Source of the DNA: Neocallimastix sp. 'constans'
Lineage: Eukaryota
Length of the DNA: 64,000 nucleotides
Assembly: GCA_050613775.1 (NCBI GenBank)
Contig: JBODTK010000011.1
Span: 372,001 to 436,000, forward strand
Reading direction: 5' to 3'
The position numbers and the translations under genes are program-made. A model generated the notes under the pieces. It saw nothing but the letters and a program-made list of their open reading frames with translations. It made no database searches and was not told the origin of the DNA. Of this stretch, positions 41,508 to 54,660 are shown piece by piece. The first letter of the stretch is position 1. The number at the start of each line of letters is the position of its first letter.

Positions 41508-43548
41508 ATGTGAATTAAGTTTAACGTATTAAAATGTAATGCATTTAATGTGATGCATAGGCCATAATGTACTTGTATATATGGAATGTAACATGTAAAA
41601 TTAACTTAATTGCAACTAATAAATAAATAAAGTTGACTTAATAAGATCTAAATCTTATTGATAAACGACTCAAAAGTTCGAAGTAGTTTTGTCGGGATTT
41701 ATTTATTAAATTTATTAAAGTATTACTTATTTATTTAATTTTATTATTGAGATTACATATATTTAAAAAGCTATCTAACAACTTTCTTATACTTTTAATT
41801 ACACACTAACTTAACATTACACACTAACTTACAGTACACTTTTCTTAATTTAGAGAAAATGTTTTATTTTTATGTTATATAGTTATAATTAACTATTTAA
41901 TTGTTTTTGTGATTAAAATAAACTATTAAATGAATATAAATATTAATAATTATTATTTATAAGGAAATATTTAATAACTATTAAATATAAATATAAAATA
42001 ATAAGAATATAATTAATAATTATGCTATAAAATTTATTATTAATTTATATATAATTAATATATAGAAATCAAGCCACATATTAAAAATTGTTATAAAATC
42101 ATTTGATTTAAATTTGATTTATGACATTAATTTATGTTTGAATAATAAAACTAATTTTATATTAATTAAGGTTTGAATATTTGTATTTTACATCAATATT
42201 TCTAAAATTATTTTTTAATTTCATATTTAATTTAATTTAATTTATTATATAATAAAGTTTGTAGACAAAAGATTTAATTTAAATTTAATTAATTTTGATT
42301 AATTATTTTTTTTTATTAAATTAAAATAGAAAAGAAAAAAAAATTTATGGTAATTAATAAATGAATGAATAATTAATTATTTAAATAATTAATTACTTAT
42401 AAAAATAAGTAAATAAATAATTATATTAATAGATAAATATATATATGTAAATAAATAAATAAATAAATAAGTATATTAATAGATAAATATATATGTAAAT
42501 AAATAAAAAATTAATTAATTATATTAATAGATAAATATATATTTAAATAAATAAATTTTTTCTTATATTAAATTTTATTAAAAAAAAAAAAAAATTTAAA
42601 AAAGGAAAAATAAATAAAAAAGAAACCACAAAAAAAAAAAATTTTTTTTTTTTATTTTTTTTCTTTTTTCTTTTTTCTTTTTTTCTTTTTTTTTAATTTT
42701 TTTTAATTTTTTTTCATGATGACAAAAATGGTAAAAAGTTTCTAAAAAAGGAATAAAAGAAAATTAATTTTTTTTTTTTACTTTTTTTCAAATTTTTTTT
42801 CAAATTTTCTTTTATAAATTTTTTATTTTTATATTTTTTTATATTTTTTTATATTTTTTATATTTTTTAATATTTTTTAATATTTTTTTATATTTTTATA
42901 ATTTCATTTCAAATCAAGTATTTAAAAAGTTTATAAAAGATATAAAAAAATATATATATAAATATATAAATATATAAATATATAATTATCAACCCATACA
43001 TAAATACAAAAAAAGAATAAAACTTTACAATTCAATCAAAAAAAAAAAGTGGATATTATATATATAAATATAAATATAAATATAAATATAAATATATATA
43101 TATATATATTTTTTTTTCATTTATTAGTTTTAGTTCAATTGTTGTAAGAAAATTTAAAATTGATTTTTAAATTATAAATTCAATTGAGATTTCAAAATAC
43201 TTGGAAAAGAATATTTATAATTCAAAATATAATAAATAAACAAATTTTTATAAAAATTTTTTATTATTTTTTAAAAAATTTTAAAATAAATAAAAGTATA
43301 TTTATAATATAATATTTAAAATTGATTTTTAAATATTTATAAATTTTAAATTTATGAAAATAAATAATTGTATATATTATTATAAGATTGCTTTAAAATC
43401 AAATAAAAAAAAAAAAAATAATAAATATAAAGTAAAAAAATATATATATATAAAAGGTATAATATAAAAAAATATAATAATATAAAAAATTATATTAAAA
43501 AATTTTAAAAGATAAAAAAAACATATAAATTAAAGGAAGAAGAAGAAA

Positions 43549-45723
43549 ATGAGCTGCTATTCTTTAATATTTACAATAGTTGTTATATTCAACTATTTAA
43601 TAAGTGTTACTCTTGCAGAAAATAAATACTATATCATTGGTATTAAAAGAAGTGATAATGATACAATTTATGATGATGAAAGTATTCAGGTTCAACAATC
43701 TATCGATAAATTGGTAAATGATAGAATGAATGATATTTACAATATTATCATTGAAAACAAAGATACATATACCCTAGAAAATGGAAAAATGGATGAAAAG
43801 TTGAAAGAATTGAACCACTCAAATTTATTGAAAAAACGTGATACATCAATGGCCACTGTAAAGTTCAAATTTTTTAATGATAAAAGAACAAGTGGTCGTA
43901 GTCATAAGTTGAAGCGTTCTGATAATTTAATTCCATTAAAATCTGAAATGGTGGATCATATTTGTCCTATCAATAATTATTATACTATTAGAGCTTACCT
44001 TTCCGATTCCATTGTAGACAGAGTTAAAAATCTTCCAAATATTATTTTCTGTGAACCATCACGGGTCTCCAAGAATAATGATGGTTATATTAATAAGCCA
44101 TTTAATGGAAGAGAGTTCAACTATTTTGATAATAAGATGATTAAAAAAGAGACGAAATGGACCAATGCTGAAATTCAAAAGCATGATACTTTTCAAGGTA
44201 AAAATTTCTTTTCTCATCTTTCTCTTCTTTCTCAAGGTCGTTATCGTAAAGAATTAACGGAAGAATATGATAATAATTATTACTATCCAAAAGAAGCGGG
44301 TAAAGGGATAAGTATCTACTTAATGGATGGCGGTTATCGTTTGTTAGATTGGGATGATTCCAGTATGAATAGTAATCCTAGTAATCGTGATTTTTATTGT
44401 GCTATGGGATTCGTAAAAAATAAAAGAATCCCTGTCGATCCTTACAACTGTGAATTATCTTACAGGAGTGAAGCTGAAAAAGATCATGGTAATATGGTTA
44501 TGTCTATGGCTGGAGGAGCTCTTTTTGGTGTCGCTAAAAAAGCCAATACATATATGATTTTAACGGATTTCAATGATTATGATGCCTTGAATGCCTTTGA
44601 TTACATCAGTAGAGTTGGTATTCCTCATAAGACAGTTGTTAGTATTTCCAGATTCTTTAACTTGGGTCAAGCCGTCGAGGATAAGATAGATGAATTAACC
44701 GAAAAGGGTATTATTATTGTGAATAGTGCCGGAAATTTTCATACCGATTGTTGTGATCGAGCGAATGTTAATAACTTTGCTGGATTTAAAAGTACGATTA
44801 CTGTTGGAGCTCTTACCTTCACTCTCGATGAAGATATGAATAACGTTTATAAGGTAGCAAACTTTTCCAATTTTGGAAGTTGTGTGGATATCTTCGCCCC
44901 ATCCGATAGTATCTATCCAGGCGTCCGGAATAGTTATATCTCAAAAGATTATAATGGTTACATTTATAATAGAGGTAGTGGAACTTCCAGTGCTACGCCA
45001 ATCGTTGCTGGCGTCATTGCCACCATTATGTCAGAACATCCAGAGATTGAATATACCACCGATTCTATGAGAAAAACTTTAATTGATATGTCTCTGAAAG
45101 ATATCCTTGAAGATGTAAAGCCCGGAACGCCTAATCGCTTTATTAATAATGGAAAACGTGTTGTTTTTTCTCCTAAAAAGGTTTATAATGGCTGTGGTCC
45201 ATCCTCCGGTAATAAGGTATGTATCGATGGTTGTTGTTCTGCCGACGGTCAATGTATTGATTCCACCAACGAAAAATATACCGAATTATGTTCCCTTAGC
45301 CGAGGTTGTCAGAGTGAATTTGGGGAATGTCTCTCCAATGAGGATAATAATACTAATGGCAATGATACCACTACTGCTGTTACTATTCCTGAAGTAACTA
45401 CAATCACCGAAGCTATTATTACCACCACTTCTACTACTACTACTACTACTACCGCCACTACTACTACTACTACTACAAACAGTATCAGTATCAATACAAC
45501 TCCTCAACCAACCACCACTCTTGGTCAAAGATGTGGACCAGACTATGGTAACAGTAGCTGTGTTCTTCAAGACAGTAATGGTAAATATTTACATGTTAGT
45601 TGTTGCAGTAAAGAAGGGGTTTGTGGATTAACAGCAGAATATTGTGGTATAGGATGTCAAACAGATTATGGTCGATGTTATGCTATTGCCTTTTTCAATC
45701 AAGGAAAATATATTTCAAATTAA
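43549..45723 (+). CDS. Secreted subtilisin-like S8 serine protease with two C-terminal hevein/CBM18-like domains and a Thr-rich linker
   Basis: Signal peptide, prodomain with KR sites, catalytic Asp (YLMDGG), His (DHGNMV) and Ser (GTSSATP), oxyanion Asn (SAGN), FSNFGSCVDIFAP, and two CGP..G...C...CCS..G.C...C...GCQ..(F/Y)G.C modules. Intronless, 724 aa. Confidence 0.93.
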   Translation: MSCYSLIFTIVVIFNYLISVTLAENKYYIIGIKRSDNDTIYDDESIQVQQSIDKLVNDRMNDIYNIIIENKDTYTLENGKMDEKLKELNHSNLLKKRDTSMATVKFKFFNDKRTSGRSHKLKRSDNLIPLKSEMVDHICPINNYYTIRAYLSDSIVDRVKNLPNIIFCEPSRVSKNNDGYINKPFNGREFNYFDNKMIKKETKWTNAEIQKHDTFQGKNFFSHLSLLSQGRYRKELTEEYDNNYYYPKEAGKGISIYLMDGGYRLLDWDDSSMNSNPSNRDFYCAMGFVKNKRIPVDPYNCELSYRSEAEKDHGNMVMSMAGGALFGVAKKANTYMILTDFNDYDALNAFDYISRVGIPHKTVVSISRFFNLGQAVEDKIDELTEKGIIIVNSAGNFHTDCCDRANVNNFAGFKSTITVGALTFTLDEDMNNVYKVANFSNFGSCVDIFAPSDSIYPGVRNSYISKDYNGYIYNRGSGTSSATPIVAGVIATIMSEHPEIEYTTDSMRKTLIDMSLKDILEDVKPGTPNRFINNGKRVVFSPKKVYNGCGPSSGNKVCIDGCCSADGQCIDSTNEKYTELCSLSRGCQSEFGECLSNEDNNTNGNDTTTAVTIPEVTTITEAIITTTSTTTTTTTATTTTTTTNSISINTTPQPTTTLGQRCGPDYGNSSCVLQDSNGKYLHVSCCSKEGVCGLTAEYCGIGCQTDYGRCYAIAFFNQGKYISN

Positions 45724-45740
45724 TATAATAATAAAAAAAA

Positions 45741-45772
<32 letters not shown>

Positions 45773-45778
45773 TAAAAG

Positions 45779-45822
<44 letters not shown>

Positions 45823-46303
45823 AAAAAGAAATATTAATTTACCATATATATAATATTAAAATAAAAGATAAAGTAAAATAAAAATAAGCTATATATATAT
45901 ATAATGAATAATATACCACTTTTATATATATATATATATATGAATTACAAATATAAAAAAAAAAAAAACATGGAAATTTAAAAATTAATAATTACCAATA
46001 ATACTATTTGTGAATAATCATTTAAAAAATAAAATAAAATTAAATTAAATAAAATAAAATAAAATATATATATATATATATATATTTGAATAATAATTAT
46101 AATTATTGTTATGTATATATAAATCAAAATCACACTACACTATATAATACATTGAACAATGCATTAAATAAATAAATAAAAAAAAAATAAATTTAAATAA
46201 CGTCGACTAATAGGAGTATTTTTATTTATTTTTACTTATTATTATTATTTTTTTTTTTTTTTATGTTTTCTATTTATAATATTTTGTTTCTTTGTTATTT
46301 TTA

Positions 46304-46339
<36 letters not shown>

Positions 46340-46413
46340 TTTTTAATTTTTTATTATTAATTATTTTCGGTTAACGTCATTCCATTTATCTATTTGTAAT
46401 ATTTTATTTATTT

Positions 46414-46449
<36 letters not shown>

Positions 46450-46882
46450 TAAAAAAAAAAGAAAAGAAAGAAATAGATGAAATATTATAATATTATTAAT
46501 TAGAATAATTATTTATTATCATTATTTATTATTATTATTATTATTTATTATTATTATTTATTATTTATTATCATTATTTATTATTATTATTATTAATTAT
46601 TATTTATTATTATTTATTATTGTTGTTGTTATTGTTGTTAAATATCATTGTTATCTGTTTCATAACATTATACATTATACTACATAGGTGTGAAATATTT
46701 TTTTATTTGATAGAATCATATAAGGTAAAACGTTAAATGTTACCAATAATACTAGACTATTATAGAAAAAATGGTTATTATAATTTAAGCGGGTAGTGGC
46801 TTATTCTTATAGGAATAGGAATAGATTTTTTCTTAAATGATACAAATCAATAAAAATTAATATATAAGCACATAAACAAAAA

Positions 46883-46926
<44 letters not shown>

Positions 46927-47251
46927 TAAGTCTCATTTCTAATTTTAGATGTGTTATATTTTAACAGATTAAGAGTCTCATTAACTCTGTAATTCATTAA
47001 TAATGATTAATATCAAAAATTTAATATATTAAAACATTAAAACATTAAAACATTCATTAAATATTACAAAAAAAAAAAATTATTAACAGTCACGTCACAT
47101 TAAAAAAATGACTAAATCAAAAAAAAATCGTCATCAGAATTTCTTTCTATTTGCCTTTTTTTTTTTTTTTTTTATCGTTTTTCGAAATGTGTTTCGGACT
47201 CGACACTCTCTGCAATGGTAGATTTAATGGTTTATATAAATTGATCATCAT

Positions 47252-47295
<44 letters not shown>

Positions 47296-47573
47296 ACTAA
47301 ATTACCTAAATCACTTAAATTACTTAAATCACTTGAATCACCCAAATCACAATAGGTATTATATTTAATAAGTAAGGAATTCTGTAATATATTCTGTAAA
47401 AATACTATCTCTCTCTCTCTACCTCTCCACCTCTCCTCCCACAAAATATTAAAAATTTTTTTGAAAAAAGAAAAGACTTTCTCTTTTTTTTTTTTTTTTT
47501 CTCTCACTCTCTCTCTTGAAAGGTGAATTTAAAAGATATTATTATTAATAAAAAAAAAAAGAAAAAAAAAATT

Positions 47574-47616
<43 letters not shown>

Positions 47617-48308
47617 CTTTCCCCACTTTGAACCCCCATGAGCGGATTTTTTTTTTTTTGAAGAATTACCAATGAAATTACCAATAAAAAAAAAACTTTA
47701 CTACGACCTCTTCTTCTTCCAATCTAAAAGTAAATAATTCGTGTCTTCTTTAGTACTTGAAACTAGAGCTTCCATCTTAAAGAAAAATTCAAGTTAAAAA
47801 CCAAAAAAAAAAATTTTTTTTTTTTTTTAAATAATAATAATTTTATTTATTTTTTTTTATTATTATTTCAATATTATTATTTATTTTTTCTTTTTCTTTT
47901 TCTTTCTTTCTTCTTTTTTTTTTTTTTTAATTATTTATCATAAAATATATAATATTATAATTTAAAAGTTTTTCAAAAAAAATAAAAAAATAAAAAATAA
48001 AACCCTTTTTGTAATTATTTATCATGAAATATATAATATTATAATTTAAAAGTTTTTCAAAAAAAAAAAAATAAAAAATAAAAAATAAAAAATAAAAATA
48101 AAAAAATAAAAATAAAATAAAATAAAATAAAATAAAATAAAATAAAATAAAATAAAATATAAAAAATTCCTTTTATGTTAAATAAATGATACAACTATAA
48201 ATTTTTTTTTTTTTTTTTTTTTTTGACATTAAGAGTTTTTTCCTCAAGTAGACGACATTTCTTTTATTTTATTTTTATTTGAATTAAAAATTTTTTTTAT
48301 TTTATTTG

Positions 48309-48428
<120 letters not shown>

Positions 48429-48466
48429 TTTAATTATAATTTTAATTTTTGCTTTATTTTTATTTC

Positions 48467-48501
<35 letters not shown>

Positions 48502-48747
48502 ATATATATATTTATAATAAATTTTTTATAAATAAATTTTAATTTATTTGATAAATTATAATGATATTTATAAATAATATATAAATATTAGTTAAGTATT
48601 TATGTGTTAAATAATTAATATTTTAATTATATATATATATTTATATACAAATATATATATTATAATTTTAATAATCTTTCTTTTTTTTTTTTTTTTTTTT
48701 TGCTTTTTTATTTTTTTGTTTGATTATTTTGGTATTTTTAATTGTTA

Positions 48748-48779
<32 letters not shown>

Positions 48780-49127
48780 TACTTTTTTTTTTTACTTTTT
48801 TCTATTTAATTTTTTACTCTAAAAAAATTTTTTAATTTCTATTTTTACTTCTAATTTAATTTCTAATTTCTATTTTTTATTTTTAATTTTTTATTTTTTA
48901 TTTCTATTGTTTATTTTTTATTTTTTTTTTTTTTTTTTTTTATCGTTTATTATTTTATTTTTATTGTTTATTATTTTATATTTATTTATTTTTATATTTA
49001 TTTATTTTTATATTTATTTATTTTTATATTTATTTATTTATTTTTATTATAACTTAAACCCATTTTTTTTTTTTTCTTCATCTTCTATTACTACTTTGTT
49101 CTTCATTCTCTCTCTTCAAATTTTTAA

Positions 49128-52125
49128 TTAGTTGAAGGAACGAGTACTTAAATTACCTATTTCATAAATACTTAAATCTGGGAAACATTGATGGAAGGTT
49201 GGATCAGAAGTTTCACAGTAATATAAGTCATCACAACAGGTTGGAGCATTTGGATATTTAGAACCACCACATGGCATGTAACCCTTGGCACATTGACCCT
49301 TCTTTGGGGTGGGGGTGGCAACCTCTTGAACATCAACGGGTTGAGCATTAGCATAGCTCTTATCACAGGTGTATGGAATGGAACACCAGGCACCATTTTC
49401 AACAGCCCAATCACCAGTATTATCGGATAAGGAAGGAGTACAGGTACTCTTACAGCAAGAGTACTGTTCACCACCATTTGGACAAAGTTGAGTCTCTGGG
49501 ACACCACAACGCTTACCATTTTCCTTACCAAACCAATAATTATCCTTTCTGGAAACTAATTCCTCCACTTTAGTTGACTTTGATTGACAACATTCAACCC
49601 CGTACTTCAGAGACCAACAGTAGTCCCCACTGACAAGACAATAGGCGCCTTGTTCCAAACCGAAGCTACCTCTCTTGGTATCCTTGACCGGTCCGGTGGA
49701 AGTACTATTACAACAAGGATAACCGGTACCCTTACAACCACCGAATTTTTCTTCGAAGATATCAGTTTCAATTTTGTAGGAAAGATTCTTGAGGTATTTT
49801 TTGCCGGTGGAGCAATCAACATTGTAGGTGGAGCAAACGAAGTCAAATCTTTCAACCACCCATTCCTTTAAACCGAGAAGATGGTTAGTTTCATGGTTGA
49901 GTTCATTAGCGTATCTTCTGTACTTAATGTAGGTGAATTCGGTATTACGGACAAAGTTATCATAAGTGAAATGATCTTCACCTCTGTAGGTAGCTCTTGG
50001 TAATCTGCCTGGAAGTTGACCATTACTATCTGGAGTACGATCTAATTTAACGGCCGCATCAACTGTCTTCTTAAGATCATCGATACGGGAGATCATTAAG
50101 GAAGGGTCGAAGACGGTCTTCATATATTCTTCGATATAACCGATGATTTCAGAATTCTTTTCATTGATATTGAGAACCTTGTAGAGATTATTACTTAACT
50201 TGATATCCTTATCAAATTTTCTGGCAGCACTACCGTTACCACTGTTACCGAGGAAGTAATCAAAGAGAGAAGGAATGGCAACCCACATTTGCTTGCCGGT
50301 ACTGTTATCATAACGCATGTATAAATATTCGTCATTATTATTATTACCATAAGGACTGTGGTAACCGAGCAAGTATTTTAAGGCTTGCCATCTCATATAA
50401 CTTTCAACATCAAAGAATTGTTCTAATTCACTTCTGGAGGAAGCCTTATTCATCTTCTTGATGAAATTTTCAACGTTATCGTTGGAGCCCCCGAGAACAT
50501 TCTTACAGGTATCATATTCTCTGTTACAGGCGTATAAGTTTTTAGCATTACTTTCACCGAAAACAGATCTAACCCAATCGGCATTGAAAAAGTTTCTCAT
50601 GGTGTATAAACCCATGTATCTGTCATTGAAGTAGAGTTCAGCAAAGTTAGCGCTAAAAGTTGGGATACCAGCAGCAGCACATACATCAGAGACAATCTTT
50701 TCTCTTATGAAGGCAGGATCGACAGTATCAGCACGGAATTGAAGGTAACTATTTCCTTCAATGTTACCATTTTTAATGATAACATCATAGCTAAGCTTTG
50801 AGAAGACACTTGCATTGCTTTCACCAAGAGTTAAACTAACATTTGAAACGGTTTGCTTTTCACTTAAAAAAAAAAAATAATAATAATAACTTTAATTAAT
50901 TTCATATACAAAATTAAAAAAAAAAAAAATAATAATAATAATAATAATAATAATTCAAAAAAGAAAAAGAAAAAGAAAAAAGTTACAAAGAAAGAAAGAA
51001 TAAATATATATATGTGTGTGTGATATAATTTAATGTAATATAGTATTTTTTAATAGAATTTAGGTATTAATTTTTTTATATCTGATTAAAATTATGTTCC
51101 TTTTTTTTTTTTTTTTTAATTATTATATTTAAAAAAATTTTTTTATCTTTTCTTTTTTAGTTTTATCAATATTTCAATAGTCTTATGCTTATATTTTCTA
51201 TACGTTTAATTAATAATCATATTTTAAAATTATTTCTAATTTTTGATAACTTTTTATCCTTTTTTTAAAAAAAAAAAAATTATTAATAATATGAAAGTTT
51301 TTTTTTTCTTTCTTTCTTTCTTTCTTTTTTTTTTCTTATCTTTCTTTCTTTCTTTCTTTTCTTTTAGTTATATATTTATCTATCTATTTATTTATTTTTT
51401 ATATATCGAGAGATTACCCATTGAAATTAATTTCCATTGTAGCATTACTTATATCTAAGGATGGTGGTGGAAGAAGTTCGTTATCATAATTGAGTAATTT
51501 TTCAATGGAAGAATCGGTGTACTTCGTAATAAGTTTTTCAAGTTCAGAAACAGTAAGATCAGACTTTTGAATAAGTTTTAAATCTCTGGAACTGGTAATA
51601 GAGCTCTTATCGATTAAACCCTTAGAAAACATTTTATTTAAAACATCACTTGGGTTAAACCATGGAGCAGCATAACATTGTTCATCCTTAATAAGATTTA
51701 AAGCACCACTATTGTATTCACATTGGAAGTAGAGGTAAAAGTTATTATTAATTTCAGTTTTATCGACAGAAATAGTAACTTTTGGAACAATAAAATCAGA
51801 TTTCTTAAAAAGATTGGTTCTATTGTCATTATTACCAAAGAAAGAATCTTTAGCAAAAGCACTACCAACCACTTTTTTTTTTTTTTTTTTTTATTCGAAT
51901 ATTTAAATATGGAATAACGTATATAATGATTTAAATTACATAGGTTATTTTAAATCATTGATAATAAATTTAAGAATAAAAAAAAATTTATTAATAAAAA
52001 TATTATTTTTTCATTTAATATATATATATATATCATATATAATAATTATAATAAATATTAATAATATTTATTAAAAGATACATATACTTACATAAACCTA
52101 AAATTGAAGTAATTCTCATTCTCAT
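49128..52125 (-). CDS. Secreted CotH-family kinase-like protein with 3 fungal dockerin (CBM10-type) domains and a C-terminal CBM1 (cellulosome component)
   Basis: Three exons, 52092-52125, 51418-51871 and 49128-50862 (GT-AG, phases consistent, 2223 nt = 740 aa plus stop). Signal peptide MRMRITSILGLLVGSAFA. CotH-type FAELYFNDRYMGLY and LKEWVVERFDFVC. Dockerins YPCC...FGLEQGAYC, CWS..YGVECC...ENGKRCG and YSCC...GDWAVENGAWC. CBM1 CAKGYMPCGG..Y...TCC....C......FHQC. Confidence 0.9.
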
Positions 52126-52827
52126 TTTGTCTATTTTTATTTTTTTATTTTTAATTTTTTAAAGTTTTATATTTATTTTAAATTTTTTTTTAATTATATT
52201 TTATTTTTATTTTATTCTATTTTTTTTTTTTCTTTTTTTTGTAATTTTTATTATTATTATGAGATGGGATTATAATCTTATAATAACATATAATTTTTTT
52301 TTAATATAAATAAATAAATATAATTTTTAATTAATAAATATCCTTTCCTTTCTTTTTTTTATTTTTTATTATTAAAAATTATATATATTATTTTATTATA
52401 TATATAATTTATATTTTATATTTAATCTCTATATATTTTTTTTTATTTAAAATTACTTTTTGAAGAAAAGAAAAAAAAAAGAATAAAAAAAAAGGAATTT
52501 TTATTGACTTTTATATCTTTTTTTTTTTTTTTTTTTTTTTTTTATTATTATTATTATTTATTATTATTATTATTCCATATAATATAAAAACACAAAAAAA
52601 AAATAAAAAATAAAAATAATAATAAAATAATTAATAAATAAATAACTATTTAAATAAATAAATAAATAAATAGTTAAATAAATAATTAATTAATTAAGTA
52701 AATAAATAGTTAAATAAATAATATATGATGTATATTACACAATAAATAAATATTAAAGTTATGTAATATATGATACTTTCTTTTTTAGGAAAGTGTCATA
52801 TAAACTTTAATAAAGAAATATTTATAT

Positions 52828-52876
<49 letters not shown>

Positions 52877-53037
52877 ATATTCATTTTTATTTTATTTAGA
52901 AATTAAAAAAAAAAAAAAAAAGATTTTCTATTTATTATTATGATTAATAAAATTTATTCGATTATTCCATTAATAAATACGTCTTTTTTTATTATTTATT
53001 TATTCAATTATTTATTCATTCATTCAATTATTCATTC

Positions 53038-53149
<112 letters not shown>

Positions 53150-54501
53150 ATTTAACAAATACTTCTACTTAGTATTATTATTTATTATTTAATATTTATT
53201 ATTTAATATTTATAATTTAATATTTATTATTTAATATTTATTATTTAATATTCTTTTTTTTTATTATCTATTATTTATTATTTAATACTCTTTTTTTTTA
53301 TTATCTATTATCTATTATTTATTATTTAATACTCTTTTTTTTTATTATCTATTATCTATTATTTATTATTTAATACACCTTTTTTTATTATTTATTCAAT
53401 TATTTCATTAATGAAATAATTTTTTATTATTATTATTCAATTATTTATTAACTTTAACAATTTTATCATTAATTATTTTAATTATAAATATTCTTGTTTT
53501 TATTTTGTTTTATTTTATTTATTATTCAATTATTTATTGATTTATATTAAAATTTTCATGTCTTACTTAAAAAAAGCCTCGTTTTGACATGAAAATCAAA
53601 GACAAGCAAATATTTCTTAATACTTTAATGAATTAAATAATAAACTTTTTTATTTTATATGAAATCTCTCTATTAATTAAAAAGAGAATAAGCAAATCTT
53701 TATTTTTCATTTTATTATTTATTCTTTATTTAAAAACAAAAAATAACAAATATTCTTTAATATTAAAAGTACTCTTTAATACTAAAAGATAGTATAACAT
53801 TAACTAACTCTTTTTTTTTGAATATATATTTAAACTAATTGTATAATTATATATATAATAATTATATATTTAAATAATTATATCTATAAAATATTTAAAA
53901 TAATTATATCTATAAAATAATTATATCTATAAAATAATTATATCTATAAAATAATATTGAGTAGTTTATTTTTTTTTTTTTTTTTGATTTTATTATTTCT
54001 TTAACTTTTTTAGAATATTCTAAGAATTTTAAAGAATGATAAAACAAAATAAAGTTTAAAAGGAATGACATTCAAAAAAGTTTATAATATATGAAATAAA
54101 TAAAAGAAATAAATAAAAGAAATAAATAAAAGAAATAAAAGAAATAAAAATAAATAAATCAATAAATAAATAATAGAAATAAATATATATTCACTTAATA
54201 ATGAATATTTATATATTTAATAATGAATATTTATATATTTAATAATAATTATATTTATATATTTAATAATAATTATATTTATATATTTAATAATAAATAA
54301 ATAAATAAATAAAAGAAAAATGTTACATATATTTTAAATTTTAATATAAATATTTTTTTATGGAAATGTAACTTTATTTATTATTTAATTTGAATTTTTT
54401 ATCATAATTTCAATTCATGTCTATGGTATGGGATAACCACCAAACCCTTATTATTTCTAGGAATACAATTGCAAAATGTTAATGAATACTGGAGGTTAGA
54501 T

Positions 54502-54660
54502 ATAGAAATATATAAATAATATGGAACATATAAATAGTATAGAAATATATAAATAATATGGAACATATAAATAGTACAGAAATATATAAATAATATGGAA
54601 CATATAAATAGTACAGAAATATATAAATAATATGGAACATATAAATAGTACAGAAATATA
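54502..54660. repeat. 37-bp minisatellite, about 4 units (AGAAATATATAAATAATATGGAACATATAAATAGTAC)
   Basis: Near-identical tandem units read directly. Confidence 0.9.

Noticed and set aside
41315..41518. ORF with EMQFG repeats
   Set aside because: Translation of the MITE's 15-bp subterminal repeats.
41115..41780. Solo LTR (TG...CA) hosting the MITE; a similar idea for 4854-5410
   Set aside because: No matching 4-6 bp TSD, PBS or PPT was found, so it cannot be supported.
44873..45570. Overlapping short ORFs within the S8 protease gene (and similar ones at 49172-49871 within CotH)
   Set aside because: Alternate-frame or antisense shadows of GC-richer true coding sequence.
54502..54660. 37-bp repeats as a CRISPR array
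   Set aside because: Units are directly tandem with no unique spacers.
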